The notes under the pieces: generated by a model | What the model saw: only the letters and a program-made list of their open reading frames with translations | The model's database searches: none | What the model was told of the DNA's origin: nothing | Shown here: positions 8,210 to 18,400 of the stretch, in pieces | Layout of the letters: the number at the start of each line of letters is the position of its first letter | Position numbering within the stretch: the stretch's first letter is position 1 | Assembly: GCA_963731945.1 (NCBI GenBank) | Contig: CAVSXN010000005.1 | Coordinates: forward strand, 67,883 to 99,882 | Length of the DNA: 32,000 nucleotides | Direction: 5' to 3' | Origin: an uncultured Verrucomicrobiae bacterium | GTDB lineage: Bacteria > Verrucomicrobiota > Verrucomicrobiia > Chthoniobacterales > Terrimicrobiaceae | Made by a program: the position numbers and the translations under genes

Positions 8210-10384
8210 TCAAGAAGCGAAGAGGTCGCTTTGCACGGGACGCGTGAAAGCGAGTTCCTCGAACTTTGCCGCGAGATCGTCCAACTTGGCGACGTAGTAC
8301 TCCACGTTTTCGTCGCGCGCCTCGGGGTTCCATTCCGAGGCGAATCGGGCATTTTCATAGGCGGTGACTCTCTTGCTGGCTCCCGTGATGTAGTAGCTGA
8401 TCTGGTCGCCGGCCTGGTAGTTTCGTCCGCTTCTGATCGCAAGTTCGAAAGCGGCCGAGCGATTGCGCGATGAGGCGTTGATCTTCTTTGAATAGGCGGC
8501 GACGGAGTCCTGCAAGGCCTCGGTTTTGGCGAAGGCTTGGATGGAAAGTTCGCGCCGCCGGATTCTGAGCGCGAGGTCTTCGCGCAGGGCGGCGGCTCTC
8601 TCGTGTTCTCGCTTGAGCAGCAAGCTGAGGAACGTTTCAAGATAGTCGCGGAGGTATGGTTCCATTCCGCGGGATTTGAGCGCCCCGCCTTTGATGACGA
8701 TGGCGCCGGAGTCCTCCAAAAGGGCGTAATTTTTCGCCTTGTAGCTGAACATGGCCGGATAGCGCCTGTCGAATTCCACCTCAAGGCCGGCCGGCAGTTC
8801 CGCGGCGAGTCCGCTTTGGAGGTCTTCGATCTTGATGCCATCGGGCGGGCGAAAATAGATGCCGTCGGTATCGATCTCGATGACGCGGGCTCCGCGGGCG
8901 GCCAGCCAGTCCACCATATGCTTGAGGATCTCGCGGCCCTTGGCGGTGACTTGTTCCGCGGCGTCGAAATCCGCGAAGTGGCCCTGGGCAAAGCCGAGAT
9001 AACCGTAGAAGGAATTGAGGAGGATCTTGAAGGTTCCCTGGAGCGCGTGCAGCGTGCCGCGTTCGAGCGGATCGTCGACCGACCGAAGGGCGTTCTTCGC
9101 TTGGATCCGGAATGCGCGCAAATCCCGCAACATTCCGCCGAAGACGCCGAGGGCGTCATTCTTTGGCAAGTAGCCAAAAGCCAGCATGACGGAGGGATAC
9201 AGTGAGGTGACATCGCAGTGCCAAACATCCTCGATCACGCCCGTGGCAAAGATGTCGGTGTAGCCGCCCTCGAACGGCCGCGCTTGAGGGAGATCCGGGA
9301 TCGAATGGCCCCGGCGCAAATACTCGCGGAGGAACAGCGCGTCGATCTTCGTCGCGTTTCCGCGGATCACGGCGTCCTGGTAGTTATAGGGAAAAATTTG
9401 GGCCTGAATAAAGTAGCTGCGGCTAAAGATTGCCGCCAGCGCGCGGGTCTCGCGAACATTCTGCAAAGCGCATGCGCGAAACACCTCCTGGTCTTCCCGA
9501 TAAGCGCGTTGGCGGTCGCTTCCTTCGAGAAGAACGCGGTCCTTCTCCGAAACGCCAAAGTGCCGCGCGACGCTCTTCAAGTCCAGGCCTTCGAGCTCTC
9601 GCGAAGAGATGTCGTAATACTGCGCCAGGACCCAGGTGTCCACAAGATGCCGGCCGCGTGCCGTAAATTTCGGATATTGGATCGTTTTTTCCGCGATCTG
9701 CAGGCGTGACGGACGGGAGCTAAGGATTGAACCTTCGCGTCCCCAGGAGAGCCGAACCTTAAGCTTCTTTGCGCGCGCTATCAGAAAGGGCAGAGAGAAT
9801 TTGAAAAGATTGTGTCCTTCGATCACGTCGGGATCGCGTTCCTGGATGATTGCCGTGAGACCCTCGAGGACGGTGCGCTCGGATTCTAGAGAGTCCTGCT
9901 CGACAACGAAAATCTCCTCCCAGCCCGAACCGTCGCTCAATGCCACCGCGAGGATCGCGTCTCGCTCCGGGCTGGAAAATTCAAAGCCCGGGGAGATTGC
10001 GGTCTCGACGTCGATCTGGAGCCGTCGCAGGTCCTCGAAACGCATTCCCTTGAAAAGCGTGGACCCGGAGAAGGTCAGGTATTGCTGGACCGGATCGTTC
10101 GATGCAAAGAAAGGTGTTCCCGCTTTTGCGAAGCGCGACCGGGCGTCCTGATAGCTCCGCCAGTCCGGAAACGTCATGAGCTTGTCAAAGGCCAGGGTGC
10201 CCTCCAGGGGCGTTCCTTCCGACGAATTCCAGAGAAACGGTGCAAACTCCTGGCTCCGAAGGGAGGTCGAGCCATCCGCCTCGCGCGTGAAGATCTGTAC
10301 CTGGTTCGGCGTGACGAATTCCACTCCAACAATTCGTTCCGTCTTGTCGAAGCCAAAGAGCTGCTTGTTGTCCGCAAAGATCAC
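8210..10384 (-). CDS. polB: Family B DNA polymerase (Pol II-like)
   Basis: 724-aa ORF with a GTG start at 10384, immediately after an in-frame TAG. It aligns without gaps to E. coli Pol II motifs as recalled. Exo I is QIDVET, motif A is DVTSLYPS, motif B is KILLNSFYGYLG, motif C is IEIDTDGIYF, and KAKNYALL corresponds to KKRYA. The Exo II and Exo III positions are substituted (see findings). Confidence 0.92.
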   Translation of the reverse strand: MIFADNKQLFGFDKTERIVGVEFVTPNQVQIFTREADGSTSLRSQEFAPFLWNSSEGTPLEGTLAFDKLMTFPDWRSYQDARSRFAKAGTPFFASNDPVQQYLTFSGSTLFKGMRFEDLRRLQIDVETAISPGFEFSSPERDAILAVALSDGSGWEEIFVVEQDSLESERTVLEGLTAIIQERDPDVIEGHNLFKFSLPFLIARAKKLKVRLSWGREGSILSSRPSRLQIAEKTIQYPKFTARGRHLVDTWVLAQYYDISSRELEGLDLKSVARHFGVSEKDRVLLEGSDRQRAYREDQEVFRACALQNVRETRALAAIFSRSYFIQAQIFPYNYQDAVIRGNATKIDALFLREYLRRGHSIPDLPQARPFEGGYTDIFATGVIEDVWHCDVTSLYPSVMLAFGYLPKNDALGVFGGMLRDLRAFRIQAKNALRSVDDPLERGTLHALQGTFKILLNSFYGYLGFAQGHFADFDAAEQVTAKGREILKHMVDWLAARGARVIEIDTDGIYFRPPDGIKIEDLQSGLAAELPAGLEVEFDRRYPAMFSYKAKNYALLEDSGAIVIKGGALKSRGMEPYLRDYLETFLSLLLKREHERAAALREDLALRIRRRELSIQAFAKTEALQDSVAAYSKKINASSRNRSAAFELAIRSGRNYQAGDQISYYITGASKRVTAYENARFASEWNPEARDENVEYYVAKLDDLAAKFEELAFTRPVQSDLFAS

Positions 10385-10735
10385 CCGGCCAACCTAGATG
10401 GGAACGAGCTGGTTGCCCAGCCCCGACCGTTCCTTGTGGGAATCATCTCACCCGGTCACAATGATTTCGAGAAAGGCGCGCTTGACTCTCGCTCGTGAGG
10501 GCCGTCGAAGTTAGCCTGGCTGATGAAGGCGACAGCCACCGGTGTCTGACCGTCGTTAGTTTGCCACTCCATACTTGCTCTCGGCCAAAACATGATTCGA
10601 CTCTGTTGCGAAGAGTAGGGTCTCTGGCCTGTCAGGTTGGGCTTGATTGAAAAAGGAAACTGATAGAGAAAGGTTTCGAGCGGGTTTCCCCTCTTTTCTT
10701 CGATCGCGACTCACGCATTTTTTGGGAACAAAATT

Positions 10736-12226
10736 ATGAAAGCCCAGACTCATCCGGATGTTGTTCTTGTTGGCGCTGGCATCATGAGTGCAACGTTAGG
10801 GACGCTGCTCAAGCAGCTGCAACCCGGCTTGACGATGGAGATTTTTGAGAGTCTCGATTTGGTGGCGGGTGAGAGTTCGAATGCCTGGAACAATGCGGGC
10901 ACTGGCCATGCCGCGCTTTGTGAGCTCAACTACACTCCGCAACGGGCCGATGGTTCAGTCGACGTTTCCAAGGCGGTCGAGATCAACGAATCCTTCGAGA
11001 TTTCCAAGCAGTTTTGGTCGCGACTCGTCGAGGAGGGCGTGATTGCGTCGCCGGATCTTTTTATTCGTCAGGTGCCGCATTTGAGTTTCGTGCGTGGTGA
11101 GGACAACGTGGATTTCCTCAGGAAACGCTACGACGAACTCCGAAAACATCATCTCTTCGCGAAGATGCGGTATTCCGAGAGTGCCGAGGAATTGGCGGAA
11201 TGGATGCCCCTTGTCATGGAGGGCCGCGGCAGGGGAGAGTCGGTTGCGGCAACGCGGGCACTGCTTGGGACGGACGTCAATTTCGGTTCGCTGACGCGCG
11301 CGCTGATTGGCTGGCTTGGAAAACAGGACGGTGTGGCCGTCTCCCTCTTTCACAGGGTGAACGGATTGAATCGAGGATCGGATTCCCGCTGGCATGTTCA
11401 CGTGCAAAACAAGGCCGATGGTGCGAAGCGGACGGTCAATGCGAAGTTTGTTTTTCTCGGCGCCGGCGGCGGCGCTCTGCCGCTCCTGCAGAAGTCAGGG
11501 ATTCCCGAAGCCAAGGGATTCGGCGGTTTTCCTGTGAGCGGGCAATGGCTGCGTTGTGACAAGGCGGACCTGGTTGATCGTCACCACGCCAAAGTCTATG
11601 GGAAGGCCGCAGTCGGCTCACCGCCGATGTCCGTGCCCCATCTTGACACGCGGGTGATCGATGGGAAGAGGTCCCTGCTTTTCGGACCGTATGCCGGCTT
11701 TTCCACGAAGTTCCTGAAGCATGGGTCGGCTTTCGATCTTCCGGATTCGGTGAAACCCGACAATCTCCTGCCGCTGCTGGCGGCCGGACGCGACAACATC
11801 GATCTGACAAAGTATCTCATCGGCCAGGTCCTCCAGTCTTCGAAGGATCGCCTGACAGTGCTCAAGGAGTTTGTCCCCACGGCGAAGAGGAACGATTGGC
11901 GGCTCGAGGTGGCTGGCCAGCGGGTCCAGATCATCAAGAAAGATCCGGTGCGCGGAGGCATTCTCCAATTTGGCACCGAGGTGGTCTCCTCGGAAGACGG
12001 GTCCATCGCCGCACTTCTCGGCGCATCGCCCGGGGCGTCGACCTCCGTGTCAATCATGCTTCATCTCATGCAGCGCTGCTTCAAGGACGAACTCGGCACG
12101 ACGACGTGGCAGACGAAGCTCAGGGAATTGATCTCATCCTATGGCGAATCCCTCGCGAAAGACGCAAATCTTTCCGAACAGATCATTTCGCGCACGAATC
12201 GAATTCTCGAATTAAGGGAGGAGTGA
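10736..12226 (+). CDS. mqo: Malate:quinone oxidoreductase
   Basis: 496-aa ORF. The FAD-binding N-terminus is [21 protein letters not shown]. The segment [21 protein letters not shown] is characteristic of Mqo. Confidence 0.93.
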   Translation: MKAQTHPDVVLVGAGIMSATLGTLLKQLQPGLTMEIFESLDLVAGESSNAWNNAGTGHAALCELNYTPQRADGSVDVSKAVEINESFEISKQFWSRLVEEGVIASPDLFIRQVPHLSFVRGEDNVDFLRKRYDELRKHHLFAKMRYSESAEELAEWMPLVMEGRGRGESVAATRALLGTDVNFGSLTRALIGWLGKQDGVAVSLFHRVNGLNRGSDSRWHVHVQNKADGAKRTVNAKFVFLGAGGGALPLLQKSGIPEAKGFGGFPVSGQWLRCDKADLVDRHHAKVYGKAAVGSPPMSVPHLDTRVIDGKRSLLFGPYAGFSTKFLKHGSAFDLPDSVKPDNLLPLLAAGRDNIDLTKYLIGQVLQSSKDRLTVLKEFVPTAKRNDWRLEVAGQRVQIIKKDPVRGGILQFGTEVVSSEDGSIAALLGASPGASTSVSIMLHLMQRCFKDELGTTTWQTKLRELISSYGESLAKDANLSEQIISRTNRILELREE

Positions 12227-12242
12227 TTTTCCGTCCATGTCA

Positions 12243-12268
12243 GACGAGGCAAGCGCGGCCTGTCTTTT
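12243..12268 (+). terminator. Candidate intrinsic terminator downstream of mqo
   Basis: It lies 17 nt after the mqo stop: GACGAGGC / loop AAGCGCG / GCCTGTC. That is 7 bp with one bulged G (12246), followed by TTTT (12265-12268). The stem is modest and the U-tract short. Confidence 0.4.
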
Positions 12269-12362
12269 GCCAAAGCTCCGGTCGGAGAAGGTCGATGGTT
12301 GCGCGTTTCGATACCAATTGCCAAGAGAACGCTCCGAATAGAATTTTTCTTGCTGCGCGCCA

Positions 12363-13736
12363 ATGAAGCTGACTCGCCGAGTCTCTTGGCTTCTTTTCCT
12401 CCTGATTCTCGCCGTACTCTGTCGCGCGGCTGTTGCTCTCTCTTTGCCTGAGCAACTCGCTTTGGCCGAGAAGGACGAGGATACTCACGCGCAGATCGAA
12501 GTGATCCGGCGCATTCTTGACGAGAAGCCGGATAATGACGAACTCCGCGAGCGACTGGCTGATCTCTGGCTCTTAGTCGAGGACTACGATATGGCCGAGA
12601 GCACGGTGCGCGACTGGGCGAACCCTCCGGAATCGGTTCGGGTGCCGGTCCTCGCCGCGGTGCTTTTCGTTCGCGACGGAAAGAGGGATGAGGCGGTTGC
12701 GTCACTGGAAGGCTTTCTGGCCGAACATCCTGACAATCTGGAAATCACCCGTCAGTTGGCAGGCTATCTCTCCGGAATGGGCGAGGACCGGAAGGTGGTC
12801 GATCTTCTGAGCAAGGCGCCGGGAGTGGACAAGGATGCGGACCTTCTCGTTTCCCGCGCCCTGGCGCGGCGAAAGTTGAGGGATTTTTCGGGCGCACTAC
12901 AGGACTTCGCAGCTGCTGACAGAACCGATCCGGAGAATGAAGACGTCGTGGGCAACCGTCCTTCCTTTGAACGTCTGCGCGCCGCTACCGCCGGGATCGA
13001 TGGTGCGGGAGCCATTCTGGCGGGCAACCCCGATGATCTGAGGGCACGCCTTTTCAGGGCCTATTGGTATTTGTCAACGGGGGCCGCGAGCGGTCCAGCT
13101 TTGGAGGATGCGGAGGCCGCCCGGCGCCTCGACTCGGAGTCGGTTGCCGCGCTCCTTCTCTTTGCGGAAGCTTCGAATCAAGCCGGCCGGTTGTCGGCCC
13201 GCGATGCCGTCGACAAATTCGAGGTGGACGTGACCAGGCCGATTCCATCTCTGGAAGTGCTTGACCGTCTTCGGCAAATTGATGGCAGAGTCGCGAAGAA
13301 TCCGAAGGATGTTTCCGGTCTTCTGGCGCGCGGTCGAGAGCTGAGCGACGACGCGCAGCAATACGGGCTTGCGATGCGCGATGCCGATGCGGTTCTGGCA
13401 ATCGATCCTGGCAATGCCAAAGCCCGCGCCGCAAAGGTCGCTGCGCTTGTGAAGCTAGGTCGATTCGACGATGCGGAGGCCGAATTCCGAGTTTTGGCTG
13501 CGGCGAAACCGGATCCTGACTTGCTGGCGAGCCCTCTGAATGACCTCGCGGCGGGGGCCGCAGGCGCGTCCCGGCTCGATGCGGCTCTCGAGTACGCAAA
13601 CCGGGCGATCCGGGCAAAGCCAGAGGCGCGCTACTTCAAGCAGCGTGCGGCAATTCTGCAAAGGCTGGATCGTTTCGCGGATGCGCAGTCTGATCTTTCT
13701 CGAGCGCAGCAACTCGAGAAGAAAGGCGCCCGATGA
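12363..13736 (+). CDS. Secreted tetratricopeptide (TPR-like) repeat protein
   Basis: 457-aa ORF with signal peptide MKLTRRVSWLLFLLILAVLCRAAVA. The rest is helical-repeat sequence with TPR-like periodicity (e.g. AMRDADAVLAIDPGNAKARAAKVAALVKLGRFDDAEAEF; LEYANRAIRAKPEARYFKQRAAILQRLDRFADAQSDL). Its stop overlaps the next gene's start (ATGA at 13733-13736). Confidence 0.8.
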   Translation: MKLTRRVSWLLFLLILAVLCRAAVALSLPEQLALAEKDEDTHAQIEVIRRILDEKPDNDELRERLADLWLLVEDYDMAESTVRDWANPPESVRVPVLAAVLFVRDGKRDEAVASLEGFLAEHPDNLEITRQLAGYLSGMGEDRKVVDLLSKAPGVDKDADLLVSRALARRKLRDFSGALQDFAAADRTDPENEDVVGNRPSFERLRAATAGIDGAGAILAGNPDDLRARLFRAYWYLSTGAASGPALEDAEAARRLDSESVAALLLFAEASNQAGRLSARDAVDKFEVDVTRPIPSLEVLDRLRQIDGRVAKNPKDVSGLLARGRELSDDAQQYGLAMRDADAVLAIDPGNAKARAAKVAALVKLGRFDDAEAEFRVLAAAKPDPDLLASPLNDLAAGAAGASRLDAALEYANRAIRAKPEARYFKQRAAILQRLDRFADAQSDLSRAQQLEKKGAR

Positions 13737-15406
13737 GACGGTTCCTGCTCTTCGCGGCACTCTCGGTTCTTCTCGGCATGGAAAGCCACGGGCAAGAACA
13801 GCCCGCGTTCGCGCCCGAGCCGGCCACAATGGAAGAACCCGAGAAGCGCCCGTTTGCCAACAATCCGAATGGTGACGGTATGAGCGTCGACGGATTCGAG
13901 GACGCCTTGCGCGCAGGCAATACGCTGACGATCACATTCCCCACCGAGATGGTTCCGTCCGACAGAATCGACGCTGCGGGTGTTCAATCGCCGGTTGAAA
14001 TATGGCCTTCCCTGAACGCGGATTTCATCTGGCGCTCGCAATCGCAGGGCGAACTGACAGTTAAAGGCCCGCTGATTCCCGGTCAATCCTATCGATTTCG
14101 ACTGCGTGAAGGTGAAATAGACCTCACCGGCAGTCCGTTGCCAGCTGCCGCTTGGGGCTTTGAGATGACCGCGCCACCTCTGCGCGTGGTCGAGGAAGGC
14201 TATGGCGAGCGCACCAGCCTGAACGCCAGCCCTCAAGTTCCCATCGAGTTCAACTATCCGCTTCGCCTTTCCGACGCCGCAAAGGGCGTTTGGTTTCAGG
14301 ATCGAGCCAGCCGGCAGAAGTATCCTGCCGAAATTTTGCTTAACGTGCCGGAGGGCGAGCCGGGCGACGCACCGGTCGTCGAGACAACGGCAGAAGCGGA
14401 GGAGGTCTTCGCATTTCGTGTCCGGCCGTTGCAATCGCTGCCGGTTGGCCGGCGATACGATCTCGTCGTGGATGGGGTCCACGACGTCAATGGCGGGCGG
14501 ACGCTTCCGTATCCCCAAGTCTTCCCGCTTGGCATGACGCGTCCTCTAAGCATCGACTATGTCGCCGCTCGCAATTTCCCGCTGGGAACTCCTCACATCG
14601 AAGTCAAATTCAGCCAGGCATTGAGCGATGTTGCCTTGGCGAGGGACGCTTTAAGGATCACGCCCGCTGTTTCCAATTTGCGCATCCTGAAAGACGGGCC
14701 GTCAATAATTGCGGAAGGCGAGTTCGACCCGAATGTGCGCTATGCCGTCGTCGTTTCGGAAGAGATCATGGGGACGGGCGGGTACGGGCTCTCCAAGCCG
14801 GAGACATGGAGCGCTAGCTTCCGTCTCAAAGATGGCGCCATCCTCTTTCCCGACAGGCAAGTCCGCCAACGCTCGGTCCTTGGACTCAATTTTGCCTTCT
14901 ACCATGTCAATACTACCGAGCTCGAATGGCGGCTGGCCGTTGTCCCGCTCGAACAATTGGCTTCGGTTCTCTCTCGGGAACGGGACTTCACCCGCGTATT
15001 GAGAGATGCGGACGGTGCACCGCTCTGGACGAGGCAGGGAACGTTTCAGCGGGCGACCTCGGAGCCGCTGATTTCCGCTCTCGGGCTCGACGTGCTTGCA
15101 TCGGGAAACGTGCCATCCGCCGATGGCGACAAGGAGGTCCTGCGCGAGATTGCCTGGAAGCCGCCAAATCCCGAAGCGCTCAGCCGGTCCGATGTTGTTC
15201 GAGGTTACCGGGAAGGATTCTCAGGGCAGGGTGATCGGCAACCGTGCGCTAATCTATTTCGGAGAGCTCGCGCTGACCCGGAAGCAGACAAAGAGCCAAT
15301 CGATTGTCCGCGTGGCGCGCCTTACGGATGGGAAGCCTCTGCCGAAAGCGACCGTTTCGGTGCTCGACAAAGACCTCAAGAAAATCGCGAATGCGGTGAC
15401 CGATGA
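13733..15406 (+). CDS. Alpha-2-macroglobulin family protein, N-terminal fragment (frame lost near 15175-15192)
   Basis: 557-aa ORF with signal peptide MRRFLLFAALSVLLG. Beta-rich Ig/MG-like sequence continues to ...LREIAWKPPNPEALS (about nt 15184). After that the frame reads as R/G/P-rich junk until the stop at 15406, while protein-like sequence continues in the +1 frame. Confidence 0.75.
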   Translation: MRRFLLFAALSVLLGMESHGQEQPAFAPEPATMEEPEKRPFANNPNGDGMSVDGFEDALRAGNTLTITFPTEMVPSDRIDAAGVQSPVEIWPSLNADFIWRSQSQGELTVKGPLIPGQSYRFRLREGEIDLTGSPLPAAAWGFEMTAPPLRVVEEGYGERTSLNASPQVPIEFNYPLRLSDAAKGVWFQDRASRQKYPAEILLNVPEGEPGDAPVVETTAEAEEVFAFRVRPLQSLPVGRRYDLVVDGVHDVNGGRTLPYPQVFPLGMTRPLSIDYVAARNFPLGTPHIEVKFSQALSDVALARDALRITPAVSNLRILKDGPSIIAEGEFDPNVRYAVVVSEEIMGTGGYGLSKPETWSASFRLKDGAILFPDRQVRQRSVLGLNFAFYHVNTTELEWRLAVVPLEQLASVLSRERDFTRVLRDADGAPLWTRQGTFQRATSEPLISALGLDVLASGNVPSADGDKEVLREIAWKPPNPEALSRSDVVRGYREGFSGQGDRQPCANLFRRARADPEADKEPIDCPRGAPYGWEASAESDRFGARQRPQENRECGDR

Positions 15407-18400
15407 GGACGGGCTGGCAGTATTCGACATGCTCGCTATCGCGGGAGCACAGTATCTCTCGTGTGAGAAGACGATTCAGCCCCTCGCACTATCGGACCGG
15501 TTCCCCGGGGGAACGTTGAGCGCCCGGCCGCTTCCTCCGCTTCGCGCCCATGTTTTGACGGATCGCCCCCTTTACAGGCCGGGCCAGTCGATTCAATTCA
15601 AGGGATTCGTCCGCGAAGAAGAGGCCGGCGCTCTCAAGATCCCGTCAGGGCGCCAAGTAAAATGGACGATCGAGCGGGCGTATTCCGGCGAGGTGCTTGC
15701 CAGCGGCGAAAGCAAGGTCGACGCGGAGGGAGGCTGGAGCGGGATGTGGACTCCTCCGCAGGACGCGCCTGTCGGAGAGTTCGTCGTCAAGGCTTTGATC
15801 GGAGGCATCCCCGCGGGTTCGCCCGCGCGGTTCCAGATTCAAGAGTTCCGAAATCCTCCATTTTCCGTCGTTTGCGAAAATGTGCAGGCGCAAAAGTCCG
15901 CGGAATCTGTGATCGCTGTGCAGTCGCAGTATTTTCACGGCGCGCCGAATGCCGGAGGCCGCGCGCACTGGACGGCCACCTGGATCAGCGATTCAACTGA
16001 CGGCGAATACCACGGCGTTGAATGGACCCGCGTTGATCTCTATTCCGAACACGCGACGCGCCCGGTCTACACGGCGGAAGTCTCCGGCGAAGCCGTTCTC
16101 GACGGCGCGGGCTGTGTCACCTTGCGGTCTGATCCGCCCTTCGAGGATCCGGGCAATCGCGCACGTTGCAGCGTCATTTGGAAGGTCGATGTCACCGGAC
16201 CGGACGGGCAGACGCTTACGGGGGGCACGGTGCAAGAGGTCGCCATGGCGCCAGTATTGCTGGGAATTAAGAGCGGCGAGGGCAGAAACGGTGAGATCGA
16301 GTTTCTCTGGGACGCCAAGGGGGAATTTGCGAAGACTCCCCAGGCGGTGAGCGTCCGGCTCTATCGCGTTCAAACCAAATCGGTGAAGGAGCGTCTTGCG
16401 CCCGACGTTTATCGATACCGGAATTTCGACCAGTACGAGCTCGTCGAGGAGCGCGAGCGGGTGACGGGAGATTCCATCAGGTTCAAGCCGGGCAAGCCGG
16501 GTCGCTATGTCGCCTTAGTCTCCCCGTTGGCCGGTGAGCCGGGCCTGGCGGTTAGCGAACAGGTCTACCTCGAGGGAGATGAGGAATCCGAAGTCCCGGT
16601 TGAATCGGACACGACCGCGACGGTATTCTCGATCAAGGGAAGGGAGGACGCCAAACCATGGATGGTCGGTGAAAAGGCCATCCTCAATGTCCTGTCGCCA
16701 ACCGGTGGCGTTGCCTGGGTGAGCGTGGAAACCGACAGGATTTTGGATACGTTTACCGCTCCGATTGAAGGCAACACGAGCCACATCGAAATCCCAGTCA
16801 AACCGGAGTACGAGCCCAATGTCTTCGTTTCTGTCTACGTCCTGCGTCCAGGCGGATCCGATCAACTCGCGGGAGAGATGTTTGGCTACGATCAGCTAAC
16901 AGTCCAAGCTCCGGGCCGCGCCCTGGATGTTTCCGTAGAGACGGCCCGCGCAGAGTACGAACCGCGTCAAAGGATCTCCGGTGAAGTGAGCGTGAAAGCC
17001 GCCGGTCGTCCCGTGGCTGGCGCTGATCTCGCGATCTACGCGGTGGACGATTCGATCCTCACCCTCGGGGGCTGGAAACTTCCACAGATCCTGGCGGATT
17101 TTTTCCCGGCGCGAAGTTTCGCGATGGTAACCTATTCTGCGCTGAAGGCGTACGTGGATAAGATCGCTCCTTCCTGGCTTACCATGAAAGGCTTCGTTGC
17201 GGGCGATGCTGGCGCCGAGGAATTCGGGAACGTCACTTTCACGCGAAAGGAGTTTAAGCCGCTTATCCTCTGGCTACCGAGCGTGCGAACCGACGCCAAG
17301 GGGGTTGCCAGATTCGAATGCGAAGCTCCGGATAATCTCACGCGTTTCCGTGTGATTGCGGTCGGCCAAACGAAGAAGAACCAGTTTGGTTCCGGCGACA
17401 CGACCTTCGCCGTCAGCAAGAGGCTGAGCATTGAGCCTGCGCTCCCGCGCTTCCTGCGAGACGGCGATGAGGTGGAACTGAGGGCCGTGGTGCGACAAAA
17501 AGCATCCGATAGCGAACAGCTTCTCGTCCGCTGCACGACGGGCGGCCCCCTTGAATTGACCAGCGACCCGCGACAGGAGATTTCCGCCAGGCGCGACACG
17601 CCCGCTGTCGTTCGTTTCAAGGCGCGCGCAAAATCCACGGGATCCGCGAGCGTAAAGTTTGAGGTTGAGTCGACTTCTCAACTCGCCGACGCGGTTGAGG
17701 TCACGCTTCCGGTGGCCGAACCGGTAATTCTGAGAAGGGAATCCGTCTCAGGGCCCGTGACGGGCAAAACCTTGGCGGGCAGGAACCTCATGCCTGCCGC
17801 GTGGAAGCAGGGGCGCGGCACTTTTAGCCTCGCGGTCTCGACCACGCCCTGGCTGAACAAGCTGATGGGTCTGCCGTTTCTGCTCGACTACCCTCATGGT
17901 TGCTTCGAGCAAAACGCCTCCCGCCTCTTGGGATATACTTTTCTGGGAGGACTCTTGGACTACCTGCCCGATTCGCAGGCCCGGAGAGTCGCCTACCAGC
18001 GCGTCATTGATGAGACGCTACGCGAATTCCAGGCGGGTCTTCTTGCGGACGGGCGCCTTCCCTATTGGCCTGGCGGAACGCAACCGAATGACTTCGTGAC
18101 GATTCAGGCAGCCTGGTGCGTCAGCCAGGCGGAGGAAGCCGGCTTCGATGTTCCGGAGCGCCTCGCATCGGAACTTCCGGAGGTGCTCGGTAAGATGGCT
18201 GCGGGCAAGATGAGCGATCTGTCGCCGACCTTGCGGGCCTTTGCGCTCTTCGTCCTTTCAACTTCAGGCGATGACGAAGAGGTCCAATCCGCGGCGGACG
18301 AGCTTTTCCTCAAGCGCGACAAGCTCACGGGCGAGGGCCGCGCAATGCTGGCGATCGCGCTGAACAATCTTGGCATCGAACAGGAACGGCAGCGTCTGCT

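Noticed and set aside
8200-9228. A 342-aa same-strand alternative-frame ORF inside polB
   Set aside because: The translation is Ser/Arg/Pro/Thr-rich low-complexity sequence. The polB frame carries all the conserved polymerase motifs across the same nucleotides.
8210-10384. PolB as the marker of a self-replicating mobile element (pipolin or casposon-like) or a defence island
   Set aside because: No integrase, Cas1, terminal inverted repeats, tRNA target or other accessory genes flank it. The neighbours are housekeeping (mqo, membrane protein), and the motifs resemble Pol II. I also saw no E. coli-type CTGT-N8-ACAG SOS box in 10385-10735.
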